64,000 bases of DNA, taken from positions 1,302,001 to 1,366,000 of the forward strand of contig OZ176060.1 in the NCBI GenBank assembly GCA_964247055.1. The letters run 5' to 3'. The notes beneath the pieces are model-generated. The model saw only the letters and a program-made list of their open reading frames with translations. It did not search any database and was not told the origin of the DNA. A program made the translations under genes and the position numbers. Positions within the stretch are counted from its first letter, which is position 1, and the number at the start of each line of letters is the position of its first letter. This document shows positions 12,291-26,900 of this stretch, one piece after another. This DNA is from Paragordius varius. Lineage: Eukaryota > Animalia > Nematomorpha.

Positions 12291-13380
12291 ATTTAAGATT
12301 TTTTGAAAGGATTTTTATTGCACTGGTGAAGAAAAAATAGGAATAGAAAAGGTTTTAAACAATCAGTTGTGTTATTTAAAGTAAGTTTATGTAAAATAAT
12401 TATATACTTTACAAGAAAAATATTAAATAAGAGAACAAAATAATTTTTTTGATGTACAATTAACAGTAAGTCAGTCCTTTATATACCTTTTCGACAATGT
12501 CAAAAACGGTCAAAAAAGGTCAAAAACTTTTAAAAGTTGATAATTGGTTAATTTGAATATGTCGACGCATAGGTTAAAACCTATTTAATTCTTCTTTTTT
12601 TCGTTCAATTTAAAATTTAACCGTGCCTCTGGTTTTTTAATTGAGTTACTTTTTAACAGAAAAAAATTTAAATACCTAAAGTTTTTTTGAAAAAAAGTAT
12701 CCTTTGGAAAGGTCAAAACCAATTAACAAGTCTAATTATAATAAGTTTAAAATATAATTTATATTTTATATTAAGGTAACCAATTTAGTATCCATTTATA
12801 TTATAAAATATATCTCATAAAACTATTAAAATAAATGTTTTATACTAAAAACTTTAAAGAGACTGATGAAAATTATTACCCGAATTCTTTAATCAAATTT
12901 AATTTACAGTAAAAATGAAATTATACGGTTAAAACGTGTAAATATAAAGACAAATATTTTTTTCTAAAAGACAACCCCATATAGTCCTATTTTTTTTTAA
13001 AAATAAAACTCTCATTGTTTTAAAGCAGGAAATAAAGATATAAATTGATTAAACAACAAGCAATTTATGTAGTATTTGAATTGTATTTAAATTATTTTAA
13101 TTGAATGAATTTTAAGGTTTAAAAAAGTATCATAGAAAAATGTGTCTATATATTTTTACACCCGCTGTCATAGTTGAAAAGGCGCCTGTCAGAATTTTTT
13201 AAAAAAATTTTAATTTTGTTTTTTTAAAAAATAGGTATTCAAAGTTATATATGTATTATATTAAATAATACATAATGATATTACCCATTTTTATGAGTGG
13301 TCTCATAACCAAGCAAGTAGTTTAAATTTGATCATTTCTTTAAAATCAGGCAAAGGAATGCTTGGATGGAAAATAAGGCG

Positions 13381-16300
13381 CCATCACGAATAATTCACCC
13401 TCGAACAGAATTCAAATTCACCCTTAAACCATTTAAATTTATCCTAAAAAAATCAAAATCATCCAAGTTTACCCTTGAATAGAATTAAAATTCACCCTTA
13501 AACCATATAAATTGATCCTCACAATATTGAAAATCACCCTTAAATCATTTAAATTCACCCTTGAACAGAATTCAAATTCACCCTTATAGCCTTTAAATTC
13601 ACCCTTGAACAGAATTCAAATTCACCCTTAAACCATTTAAATTTATCCTAAAAAAATCAAAATCATCCAAGTTTACCCTTGAATAGAATTAAAATTCACC
13701 CTTAAACCATATAAATTGATCCTCACAAAATTGAAAATCACCCTTAAATCATTTAAATACACCCTTTAACAGAATTTAAATTCACCCTTATAGCCTTTAA
13801 ATTCACCCTTGAACAGAATTCAAAATCACCCTTAAACCATTTAAATTTATCCTTAAAAAAATCAAAATCATCCAAGTTTACCCTTGAATAGAATTAAAAT
13901 TCACCCTTAAACCATATAAATTGATCCTCACAATATTGAAAATCACCCTTAAATCATTTAAATTCACCCTTTAACAGAATTCAAATTGACCCTTATAGCC
14001 TTTAAATTCATCCTTAAACAGAATTCAAATTCACCCTTAAACCATTTAAATTTATCTAAAAAAATCAAAATCATCCAAGTTTACCCTTGAATAGAATTAA
14101 AATTCAGCCTTAAACCATGTAAATTGATCCTCACAAAATTGAAAATCACCCTTGAACGATTCAATATCACCCTTTAACAGAATTCAAATTTACCCTTATA
14201 GCCTTTAAATTCACCCTTGAACAGAATTCAAATTCACCCTTAAACCATTTAAATTTATCCTTAAAAAAATCAAAATCATCCAAGTTTACCCTTGAATAGA
14301 ATTAAAATTCACCCTTAAACCATATAAATTGATCATCCTCACAAAATTTAAAATTACCCTTAAATCATTTAAATTCACCCTTTAACAGAATTCAAATTGA
14401 CCCTTATAGCCTTTAAATTCACCCTTGAACAGAATTCAAAATCACCCTTAAACCATTTAAATTTATCCTTAAAAAAATCAAAATCATCCAAGTTTACCCT
14501 TGAATAGAATTAAAATTCACCCTTAAGCCATATAAATTGATCATCCTCACAAAATTGAAAATCACCCTTAAATCATTTAAATTCACCCTTTAACAGAATT
14601 CAAATTCACCCTTGAACAGAATTCAAATTCACCATTAAACCATTTAAATTTATCCTTAAAAAAATCAAAATCATCCAAGTTTACCCTTGAATAGAATTAA
14701 AATTCAGCCTTAAACCATGTAAATTGATCCTCACGAAATTGAAAATCACCCTTAAATCATTTAAATTCACCCTTGAACAGAATTCAAAATCACCCTTAAA
14801 CCATTTAAATTTATCCTTAAAAAAATCAAAATCATCCAAGTTTACCCTTGAATAGAATTAAAATTCAGCCTTAAACCATGTAAATTGATCCTCACAAAAT
14901 CGAAAATCACCCTTAAATCATTTAAATTCACCCTTGAACAGAATTCAAAATCACCCTTAAACCATTTAAATTTATCCTTAAAAAAATCAAAATCATCCAA
15001 GTTTACCCTTGAATAGAATTAAAATTCAGCCTTAAACCATGTAAATTGATCCTCACGAAATTGAAAATCACCCTTAAATCATTTAAATTCACCCTTGAAC
15101 AGAATTCAAAATCACCCTTAAACCATTTAAATTTATCCTTAAAAAAATCAAAATCATCCAAGTTTACCCTTGAATAGAATTAAAATTCAGCCTTAAACCA
15201 TGTAAATTGATCCTCACAAAATTGAAAATCACCCTTAAATCATTTAAATTCACCCTTGAACAGAATTCAAAATCACCCTTAAACCATTTAAATTTATCCT
15301 TAAAAAAATCAAAATCATCCAAGTTTACCCTTGAATAGAATTAAAATTCAGCCTTAAACCATGTAAATTGATCCTCACGAAATTGAAAATCACCCTTAAA
15401 TCATTTAAATTCACCCTTGAACAGAATTCAAAATCACCCTTAAACCATTTAAATTTATCCTTAAAAAAATCAAAATCATCCAAGTTTACCCTTGAATAGA
15501 ATTAAAATTCAGCCTTAAACCATGTAAATTGATCCTCACAAAATTGAAAATCACCCTTAAATCATTTAAATTCACCCTTGAACAGAATTCAAAATACCCT
15601 TAAACCATTTAAATTTATCCTTAAAAAAATCAAAATCATCCAAGTTTACCCTTGAATAGAATTAAAATTCACCCTTAAACCATATAAATTGATCATCCTC
15701 ACGAAATTGAAAATCACCCTTAAATCATTTAAATTCACCCTTTAACAGAATTCAAATTGACCCTTATAGCCTTTAAATTTACCCTTTAACAGAATTCAAA
15801 ATCACCCTTAAACCATTTAAATTTATCCTTAAAAAAATCAAAATCATCCAAGTTTACCCTTGAATAGAATTAAAATTCACCCTTAAACCATATAAATTGA
15901 TCATCCTCACAAAATTTAAAATCACCCTTGAATAATTCAAATTGACCCTTGAACAGAATTCAAATTCACCCTTATAGCCTTTAAATTCACCCTTTAACAA
16001 TTCAATTCACCCTTAAACCATATGAATTTATCCTAACAAAATTTAAAATCACCCTTAAATCAATTAAATTCACCCTTAAACCATATGAATTTATCCTAAC
16101 AAAATTTAAAATCACCCTTAAACCATTTAAATTTATCCTCAGAAAATTCAAAATCACCCTAATTTAAAATCACCCTCACAAAATTTAAATTCACCCTTAA
16201 ACCATTTAAATTTACCCTTGAACTGAATTCAAAATCACCATTAAACCAAAATCACCCTTGAACAGAATTTTTATTCACCCTTGAACCATTTAAATTTACC

Positions 16301-16890
16301 CTTAAATTTAAATTCACCCTTGAACTGAATTCAAAATCCCTTAAACCATTTATATTTATCCTCAGAAAATTTAAAATCACCCTTGAACAAATCAAATTTA
16401 CCCTTAAACAATTCAAAATCACCCACAATCAAATTTATCTAACAGTCTTTGAACTTAACCTTAAACCATTTAAAATCACCCTGAACAATTTAAAATCTCT
16501 CTTAAACCATTTAAATTTATCCTCACAAAATTCAAATCACCCCTGAACAATTCAAATTAATCCTCAAAAAATTCGAAATCACCCTTGAAAAATTCAAGTT
16601 TACCCTTAAATGAAATTAAAACTCACCCTTTAACCATATAAATTCATCCTCACAAAATTCAAATTTACCCTTAAAGCCTTTAAATTCACCCGTGAACAGA
16701 ATTTTATATCACCCTTAAATTTAAATTTACCCTCAAAAAATTCAAAATCACCCTTAAACCATTCAAATTTACCCTTAAACCATTTAAAACCACCCTTAAA
16801 TATTCAAATTCACCCTTAAACCATTTAAATTTAGCCTCATGGAATTCAACATCACCCTTAAACAATACCCTGGAAATAATTCACCCTCAA
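13381..16890. repeat. Satellite of about 20-22-bp monomers (AATTCAAATTCACCCTTAAAC-like) with higher-order repeats of about 204-209 bp, then 161 bp
   Basis: Marker AATCATCCAAG recurs at about 13457, 13661, 13866, 14069, 14274, then 14830, 14991, 15152, 15313, 15474 (161-bp period). The array decays toward 16890. Confidence 0.9.
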
Positions 16891-17092
16891 TCAAAATATA
16901 TGTTGTTTAAGATTAAAAAATGTTGTTATATAATTTTAAATGATATAAATTTTGTTTTAAATTAAAATAATACTAAAAAAAATATTAAATTATGTCGTAA
17001 AATATATGTCAGATGAATGATGAGTATATTAGCACCCCAAAAACATATAATTTATTTTTAGGGGGAATATTAATTATACAAAGGTAAATTTA

Positions 17093-17134
<42 letters not shown>

Positions 17135-17524
17135 TATGCATGTTAATGCTGTTTGATTTATAACATAGTTGTCAATAACACAGTAGTGTAGAAAAAAGTA
17201 ACAAAATGGTGAAAATAAACTAAACCTCCATTTTTGATTATCTTACATTACTTTGTTTAAATCATTATGGACGAAGTTTTTTTAGTAACCCATGTTAGTG
17301 TGCTACAAATTGACCAAAATTAATACCCATTTAAATGGCCATAAAAATTAAGAAAAATTTTAATTATACAGTAAAAATTGAAATTATGCTACGGATAAAA
17401 CAACGAGCTAGTCCTCATTAACCAAATAAAAAAATACCGGGATTTCGCTATAAAGTTTTTGAATAAAAGCTAAATTGTTTTTAGAAAATACTTGCAATAA
17501 ATACTTTATCAAAAACATGATTAA

Positions 17525-18091
17525 AACTTCGATTCAAATTGGGGCATCTAAATACCCCAATTGTTAGTACTTTTAAAATGCTACTGAAAGGAGCGTTCGC
17601 AATTTAAATTTATGCTACTCTCCTAATAAAAATTATATAAATATGCCAAAATATCCAAATAAAATTTTGTTTTGAAAAAATATTCCATGTCAAACTGCTT
17701 CAACGCCATTTTTATTTACAAAATTTTTGTAAAATATAATCTTCATTTAATTTTAAGGGTAAATTAAAGTTATATTTTTTAATTTAAATTACATCTAACA
17801 TTAATAGAAATATAAAAAGCGGTTTACATTGTATTATTTTTCAATTTTATCAATAAACACATGTCACATTCAAAAATTTTTATTCGGTTTTAGCTTAAAA
17901 TAAGTAATATCAAGAATTATTGAATAAAATTTTTTATATATTTCGGTTTATTAATGTTATATAAGTGCAAAATTTTGCCATGGTTTCGATTCCTTCCATA
18001 TTTTTTAAAGAATTAATTTTAAACAGTCCTGAGGTAATCAACTTCCGCAATTTGATGCGAAGGACTAAAATGAATGTATTGTATCCAAGTG
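17525..18091 (-). mobile_element. piggyBac-like TTAA MITE
   Basis: TTAA|AACTTCGATTCAAATTGGGG...GTATCCAAGTG|TTAA. Confidence 0.8.
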
Positions 18092-19276
18092 TTAATAGCA
18101 AAATATTGTTATGCGTACTCCCTACTATTTTTAGGTGTGATAGACACAGTCGCTTTTAGATATTTGCAAAAACACTTTTTATATATAGCTGTAATGACGT
18201 TTTTACCGTTTCAAAATTTTTATTTAAATGTTGAGCTCTGCCCTTGTTGTATTTTTTTAAAAAGACAATTGAGGCGAGCGGATATTTTATAATAAAAATT
18301 CTGAGGTGATATGTTTAGCATGGAATTTAAATAAAGTGTTTACGTAGGGTATTTATACCGTTTCTATCATGCGCAATGAAATACGCTTGAACAAACTAAA
18401 AATAGTTTTGAAAAAAGTTGGACACTTTTAAAATACTTTTAACTGATATCGAAATTTATATTTTTGAAATATCGCGCAATCCTGGCATTTTTGCGTTTGC
18501 CCATTTTAGAAGAGAAAACAAGTTTAAGACTTTCGGAGCCCCTAATTAAAAATTAAAATTTTTCGAAGATAATGTTTTGCTTTTTATATGTAGTTTTTAA
18601 TATATTTTAGTGATATTCTTTGGAATAAAGACTATAGCTTACATAAATAAATTTATTTAAAATAATTTGGTCAAATTTTGTCATTTTCCTATATGGAGCA
18701 CGTATCACAAAAGTGTAATTTTCTTTCTAAAATTATTCGTAAGAATCAAAATCAAAATCACTATTATAATCCTGATAGATTATTTTATCAGAAGGGAGGT
18801 TGTGTATAGATATTTCTGCTATATATCAATTTATTTTGGCTTAACTTTATATTATTTTAGAATAGAAGCATATATTTAAAATGGAACTGTGTTCTTCAGG
18901 AGTTATAAATACTATCAATCTATTTATATATGGCCCTGGTTAACCGGTTACTTAGTTAATATCGAGGTTTCAAAACTCTGTAAAATTACTATATCATTAT
19001 TATTTAATATAGAAGTTTAAAACAGTTGCTTGTTTAATTCCAATGCTCTACACTAGAAAGTTACCCACAACATGTTGGGGCGTAAAAAATGTATTGAAAT
19101 AAGTGTTGATATTTAATTTAAAGAAAAAAATTATAATAGAGAAAATATTTTTGTAAATTTTGCTTGAAGTTTTGATTGATATGCCTTTGTTATAAATATT
19201 TTCGATAAATATACTAATAACCGACACTGCTATCTTGCCTTTATAAAAAATTACCACAGTAAATAAATCCTGTTAA

Positions 19277-19857
19277 CACTTGGATACAACACACTCATTT
19301 TAGTCCCTCGATTCAAATTGGGGTAGTTGGATACCCCAGACCTGTTTAAAATCAAATAGTTTAAAAAGTATGGAAGCAATCGAAACCATGGCAAAATTTT
19401 GCACTTATATAACATAAATAACCGAAATATATAAAAAATTTTATTCAAAAATACTTGATATTACTTATTTTAAGCAAAAACTGAAAGGTAAAAATTTAGT
19501 CAACGTGACATGTGTCAAATTGTAAAATTAAAAAATAATACAAAATAAACCGCTTTTTCTATTTCTATCAATGTTAGATGTAATTTATATAAAAAATAAG
19601 CTTTAGTTTTACCCTTAAAATTGAATGAAGACGATATTTTGCAAAATTTTTGTAAAATAAAAATGGCGTCGAAGTAGTTTGAGGTGGAACTTTTTTTTTA
19701 AAACAAATTTTTATCAAGATATTTTGGCATATTTATATAATATTTATCAGGATAGAAGCATTAATTTAAATTGGGACCGTTTCCTTCAGTAGTTTTTTAA
19801 AAAATTTAATTTAAATTTAGTCTGGGGTATTTAAATACCCCAATTTGAATCGAAGTG
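19277..19857 (+). mobile_element. piggyBac-like TTAA MITE, intact, upstream of RPL6
   Basis: TTAA (19273-19276) CACTTGGATAC...GAATCGAAGTG TTAA (19858-19861); 581 bp. Confidence 0.85.
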
Positions 19858-20117
19858 TTAATAAAGTTTTCTGGATGATTTTAATTAAAAAGCATTTTCG
19901 TTACTTTTTTACACGCATCTTATATTTTCATTTTTTTAATCACTCTCAAATACTTTATCAAATATCTAAATATTTGTAGAAAACATTTTGCTATCTATAA
20001 TTCAAATACCTTAAAAAAAGTATTTAATTTTAAAAGTATATTTTATTAAATATTTTTAAGGCTCTTTCAAAATTTTTATTGAACCACGCTTCACATTACA
20101 CTGTAAGGTTGTTTTTA

Positions 20118-20139
20118 CCTTTCATCTGTTGCCTTTTCT
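20118..20139 (+). promoter_or_regulatory. Candidate TCT/5'TOP pyrimidine initiator of RPL6
   Basis: CCTTTCATCTGTTGCCTTTTCT, 35-57 nt upstream of the ATG at 20175. Confidence 0.35.
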
Positions 20140-20174
20140 ACACATTTCCTGTTATAAAGTTCAACACATCCCAA

Positions 20175-20944
20175 ATGGAAGTTGATTTGAATAAACGAAC
20201 TAAAACCGGAAAGTTACTGAGGAATTATGAAATTAGTAAAGGAATCATGAGATATTCCAAATCTGCCATATTTCATCGAAGACGTCTTTTTGAAGATGGG
20301 GTTGTTCATAGTTCTCGACGTAAAGCTGATTGGGCTAAGCATCAACAAAAGCTGAAGGAAAAAACTGAAGCTGAGCAGAAAAAAGTGGTCAAAAAACCGA
20401 TTGGCGGAGAAAAAAATGGGAAAGAACGCGTTATTCATAAGAAACAGGTTTTTTACATCAAAATTAATGATTATTATACTTTGATACTTGATTTTTTATA
20501 CATTTGTTTAATTTATACTTTATTCTGTTACCTATTCACATATTTAAGAACCTCTTTGTCCAACTTTATTCCATTCAAATTTTGTAACCAATTTTTTAAA
20601 CAAACTTTTTTTTATCGCTATTACAAGTTTGTTAAAAACAACTAAGAAAGAAATTTAAAATATATTGTTTTATTATAATAAAAATGGATTTATTAATGAA
20701 TTCCATTTCAATACAAAATGTTAAATTCTAGGAATTTTTAAACTATTCTTTTGCCGGATAAGACAAAATTATTTGTTTAAAATTATTTTTTTCTTTTTGT
20801 AATCACTTTAAACAAAAAAAATTTTACATTATTTTTTTATAAAAATAAATTTAATTTTATTAACATTATTAATATTATCTAATTCTTTCTGAAAAATCAT
20901 TTTCACTCCAAATTAAAAATTAGAAACTATATGATTTTTTTAGT

Positions 20945-20988
<44 letters not shown>

Positions 20989-23900
20989 CTTTTGATAAAA
21001 TAACTTATTATTTTTTTACAATTAATTTTTATAAAAATAAATTTAATTAAAATTAAGAAACCATTTTAAAGTATAAAATATATGGTTTTTTACAATTGAT
21101 ATATATATTATATTTATATATTTTATATTTACTTTTGTATAATAATTCATATTTAATTATATTAATATTTTTTTTAAAAAAATCAATTAATTTATATTAA
21201 TATTTTTTAAAATTTAATTTTTTATTAATATTATTAAAAATTTTTTTATTAATATTATTTTTTAGCCACGTTCAATATCAACCGCACTGAAAAAGACGAA
21301 TTACATGAAAAGACTTAATCGAAAAAAATCTCAAATTAAGAAATTAAAACCCCTAAGATCCTCCTTGATTCCTGGAAAGATTTTAATTGTTTTGGCTGGT
21401 CCATATCGCGGAAAAGTTAGTTTTTTACAGTTTTTTTTTTTGAAAAATTTATGAAAAAGTTTAAAATTTATTTAAAAAAAGTTTTAAATTTATCTTTATA
21501 TTGATATAAAATTCAAAAAAATGGTTTAAAACTATAAAATTTGATAAAAAAGAAGAAATTGAAACCTCTAAGATCATCTCTGATTCCTGGAAAGATTTTA
21601 ATTGTTTTGGCTGGTCCGTATCGCGGAAAAGTTAGTTTTTTAATGTTTTTTTTTTTGAAAAAATTTATGAAAAAGTTTAAAATTTATTTAAAAAAGTTTT
21701 AAATTTATCTTAATTTATGAAAAAAATTCAAAAAAATGGTTTAAAACTATAAAATTTGATAAAATCAAGAAATTGAAACCTCTAAGATCATCTCTGATTC
21801 CTGGAAAGATTTTGATTGTTTTGGCTGGTCCGTATCGCGGAAAAGTTAGTTTTTTACAGTTTTTTTTTGAAAAATTTATGAAAAAGTTTAAAATTTATTT
21901 AAAAAAAGTTTTAAATTTATCTTAATTTATGAAAAAATTTCAAAAAAATGGTTTAAAACTATAAAATTTGATAAAAAATCAAGAAATTTAAACCTTTAAG
22001 ATCATCTCTGATTCCTGGGAAGATTTTAATTGTTTTGGCTGGTCCGTATCGCGGAAAAGTTAGTTTTTTACAGTTTTTTTTTATGAAAAAATTTATGAAA
22101 AAGTTTAAAATTTATTTAAAAAAAGTTTTAAATTTATCTTAATTTATGAAAAAAATTCCAAAAAATGGTTTAAAACTATAAAATTTGATAAAAAAGAAGA
22201 AATTGAAACCTCTAAGATCATCTCTGATTCCTGGAAAGATTTTAATTGTTTTGGCTGGTCCGTATCGCGGAAAAGTTAGTTTTTTAATGTTTTTTTTTTT
22301 GAAAAAATTTATGAAAAAGTTTAAAATTTATTTAAAAAAGTTTTAAATTTATCTTAATTTATGAAAAAAATTCAAAAAAATGGTTTAAAACTATAAAATT
22401 TGATAAAATCAAGAAATTGAAACCTCTAAGATCATCTCTGATTCCTGGAAAGATTTTGATTGTTTTGGCTGGTCCGTATCGCGGAAAAGTTAGTTTTTTA
22501 CAGTTTTTTTTTGAAAAATTTATGAAAAAGTTTAAAATTTATTTAAAAAAAGTTTTAAATTTATCTTAATTTATGAAAAAATTTCAAAAAAATGGTTTAA
22601 AACTATAAAATTTGATAAAATCAAGAAATTGAAACCTCTAAGATCATCTCTGATTCCTGGAAAGATTTTGATTGTTTTGGCTGGTCCGTATCGCGGAAAA
22701 GTTAGTTTTTTACAGTTTTTTTTTGAAAAATTTATGAAAAAGTTTAAAATTTATTTAAAAAAAGTTTTAAATTTATCTTAATTTATGAAAAAATTTCAAA
22801 AAAATGGTTTAAAACTATAAAATTTGATAAAAAATCAAGAAATTTAAACCTTTAAGATCATCTCTGATTCCTGGAAAGATTTTAATTGTTTTGGCTGGTC
22901 CGTATCGCGGAAAAGTTAGTTTTTTAAAGTTTTTTTTTGAAAAATATTATGAAAAAGTTTAAAATTTATTTAAAAAAAGTCTTAAATTTATCTTAATTTA
23001 TGAAAAAAATTCAAAAAAATGGTTTAAAACTATAAAATTTGATAAAAAGAAACAAATTGAAACCTCTAAGATCATCTCTGATTCCTGGAAAGATTTTAAT
23101 TGTTTTGGCTGGTCCGTATCGCGGAAAAGTTAGTTTTTTACAGTTTTTTTTTTGAAAAATTTATGAAAAAGTTTAAAATTTATTTAAAAAAAGTTTTAAA
23201 TTTATCTTAATTTATGAAAAAAATTCAAAAAAATGGTTTAAAACTATAAAATTTGATAAAATCAAGAAATTGAAACTTTCAAGATTTTTACAAGATTCCT
23301 GGAAAGATTTTAATTGTTTTGGCTGGTCCGTATCGCGGAAAAGTTAGTTTTTTAAAGTTTTTTTTTTTGAAAAAATTTATGAAAAAGTTTAAAATTTATT
23401 TAAAAAAAGTTTTAAATTTATCTTAATTTATGAAAAAAATTCAAAAAAATTGGTTTAAAACTATAAAATTTGATAAAAAGGTCCCTATCGAAAAAAAGTT
23501 AGTTTGCTTAAGTTTTTTTTGTAAAATGTTTAAAGTTAATTTTATCACAAAAAAGTTCAAAATTTATCTTTATGATATATAAAATTCAAAAAAATTGGTT
23601 TAAAACTATAAATTTGATAAAAAGAAACAAATTGAAACCTCTAAGATCATCTCTGATTCCTGGAAAGATTTTAATTGTTTTGGCTGGTCCGTATCGCGGA
23701 AAAGTTAGTTTTTTACAGTTTTTTTTTGAAAAATTTATGAAAAAGTTTAAAATTTATTTAAAAAAAGTTTTAAATTTATCTTAATTTATGAAAAAATTTC
23801 AAAAAAATGGTTTAAAACTATAAAATTTGATAAAAAATCAAGAAATTTAAACCTTTAAGATCATCTCTGATTCCTGGGAAGATTTTAATTGTTTTGGCTG

Positions 23901-26900
23901 GTCCGTATCGCGGAAAAGTTAGTTTTTTACAGTTTTTTTTTATGAAAAAATTTATGAAAAAGTTTAAAATTTATTTAAAAAAAGTTTTAAATTTATCTTA
24001 ATTTATGAAAAAAATTCAAAAAAATTGGTTTAAAACTATAAAATTTGATAAAAAGGTCCCTATCGAAAAAAAGTTAGTTTGCTTAAGTTTTTTTTGTAAA
24101 ATGTTTAAAGTTAATTTTATCACAAAAAAGTTCAAAATTTATCTTTATGATATATAAAATTCAAAAAAATTGGTTTAAAACTATAAATTTGATAAAAAGA
24201 AACAAATTGAAACCTCTAAGATCATCTCTGATTCCTGGAAAGATTTTAATTGTTTTGGCTGGTCCGTATCGCGGAAAAGTTAGTTTTTTAAAGTTTTTTT
24301 TTTGAAAAAATTTATGGAAAAAGTTTAAAAATTTATCTTAATTTAACTAAAATTGAAGAAATTATCTTAATTATTAAAAAATCCCAAAAAATTATCCTAA
24401 TTATTAAAAAATTCCAAAAAATTGTTTAAAACTATAAAATTTGATAAAAAGGAAGGTCCGTATCGCGGGAAAGTTAGTTTTTTTTTAACTTTTTGTGTGT
24501 TTAAAAAGGTAATTTTAGCAAAAAATTGATTTTATTATTATACTATAAAATTTGGAATATATATATATATATATTGATTTTTTTATTCGAAAAAAATTAG
24601 TTTCTAACTAATACCTAATTTTTTTTTCATCATAAGATTTTATCTAATTAATTCCCTTTTTGGACATTTTAAGATTAAGAAGAAAAAAAAAAACCAAAAA
24701 AATTACCCTCCTATATTTTTTTTTTACAATAAAATAAAAATATAAATGGTTAGAGGGGGCGCTTTTTTTCGTGGTATAAAAAGGCGTTTTCAATATTTAT
24801 CTATATATATATATATATATATATATACCATTTTTAGTTTAAATTCACCTTTAATAAAGAATTCAAATTCACCCTTAAACAATTCAAATTCACCCTCGAA
24901 CAATTCAAATTCACCCTTAAACAATTCAAATTCACCCTTAAACAATTCAAATTCACCCTTAAACAATTCAAATTCACCTTTAAAGAATTCAAAAATTCAA
25001 TCAAATAATAAATTATGAAGTTTCGGTTTGATTTAACTAACTCTCATCATTATAAATATGAAATATATAGTTTTATGGATAAAAGTTTATTATTATGTTT
25101 TCAGTATAATTTTGATTATATATACAAAGTGTTTCTTTTTTTTTGAAAATATATAATCTTAAAAATTATTACTTAATCTATTTTAGGGTAAATTCGGATT
25201 GTTTAAGGGTGATGAATTTGAATTGTTTAAGGGTGAATTTGAATTGTAATGGTATATAAATTTTTTTCAGTTATATTTATATTTATAAAAATATATTAAA
25301 ATATAGGTAATTTTTTATATTAAAATATAGGTAATTTTTAATCTTAAAAATTATTACTTAATCTATTTTAGGGTAAATTTGAATTGTTTAAGGGTGATGA
25401 ATTTGAACTGTAAATGGTAGTATATAATCATTTTATGTAAAAATACCGCCCTCTATTAAGTTGAGCAATAAAAATGTTTGAAAGAATTTTAAACCATGGT
25501 GTTAATTAAAAAAAAAGCTGTTTTTTTGAAAAAATTGCTGGTAATTTTTTTTTTGTCGAACAGAAATAATAAAATTTTATTGTTTTCACAACTAATAATA
25601 TATTTTTTTTAAAAAAAATATAAATTAAATGTTTAATGTTTAAATATGCTTTTTTAACAATATATTGTTATTAAACATGCATCGTTATAACATTAGATTT
25701 AACAGTTATTTCTGAAAACCATTAAACACATTTTATAAATGGAATGGATATTTCAATAACGAAAGAAACTATAGATTAAATTTTATTTGAAATATCCACA
25801 GTAGTATAATTAAAGTTCCATCCATGTGTATTTTAAGATTTTTTTCAAAAAATTTATTTAAACACAACAAAATTGTTGATTGATTGATTTAAAATATTTG
25901 TATAAATAATAATAATTACTATTACAAAAAATTTAAACTTTTTAGATATACCATTTACAATTCAAATTCACCCTCGAAAAATAAATTATGAAATTTTGGA
26001 TAGCTAATATAACTACAACTCATCATTATGATTTAATATATCTTTATGGCAAAGATTATTATTTAGTACCTTTTAGTATTATATTTAAATTTAAAACAAA
26101 TGTATATATTTTTTTTAAAATATATATAAGTAATCTTTATATAACATGATTTTATTTAAGGGTGAATTTTCTAATGTTCAAGGGTGAATTCGAATTGTTT
26201 AAGGATAGGGTGAATATGAATTGTTTAAGGGTAAAATTGAATTGTTCGAGGGTGAATTTTCTAATGTTTAAAAATTTAATTACAATTATTCAAAAGGTTG
26301 TTTAAGGATTAATTTTAATAATTCAAGGTTTAATTACAATTGTTTAAGGTTGTTTGTTAAGGATTAATTAATTTTAATTGTACGCGAGAGTAAATTTTAA
26401 TTATTCAAGGAAGGGTGAATTTCAATTATTCAAAAAATTTATATATGGAAATTTATACCCTTTCCTTAATTAATTATAAACTAAACTAAAATAATTTTAA
26501 TTTATTCCTTGATAACATTATTAATAACCAATATTAATCTTTATTAATTATCATTTTTTATTTTATTTGAAGGAGAATTTCAATTGTTCAAGAGTGAATT
26601 TTGAATCGTTCAAATGTGTTAAATCCAATTGTTTAAGGATGAATTTGAATTTTTTAAGGGTGAATTTGAATTATTCAATGGTTTAAATTGTTTAAGGGTG
26701 AATATGAATTGTTTGAGGGTGAATTTGAATTGTTTTAGGGTGAATTTCGAATCGTTCAGGTTGATTTTGAATTGTAAATGATATATATATATATATATAT
26801 ATATATTTATTTATAACTCTAAAAAAATCTTTATTAAACACATTATTAACCAATATTTAAACTTTTTTTTATTTGAATGTAAACTTCAATTGTTTAAGGA

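Noticed and set aside
13381-16890. Telomeric repeat (CCCTTAA resembles CCCTAA)
   Set aside because: The monomer is about 21 bp with TTAAGGG, not a tandem TTAGGG or TTAGG hexamer, and it traces to a MITE arm.
17965-19448. ORFs at 17965, 18074, 18667, 19048 and 19251 (and 1144-1365)
   Set aside because: They overlap piggyBac-like MITEs or AT-rich filler; F/I/K/L/Y-biased with no recognisable domain.
23572-23784. ORF containing [24 protein letters not shown] as a second RPL6 gene
   Set aside because: It is one unit of the intronic exon-end array read through; no other exons accompany it.
21416-24480. CRISPR-like look of GC-richer repeats separated by AT-rich spacers
   Set aside because: The spacers are themselves repeated, the repeat is RPL6 exon sequence, the context is eukaryotic and there are no cas genes.
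24746-25018. NNSNSPL repeat protein; also the ORFs at 34015 and 39605 (EQFKFTL repeats)
   Set aside because: Translations of the 21-bp MITE subterminal repeat, which is a multiple of 3.
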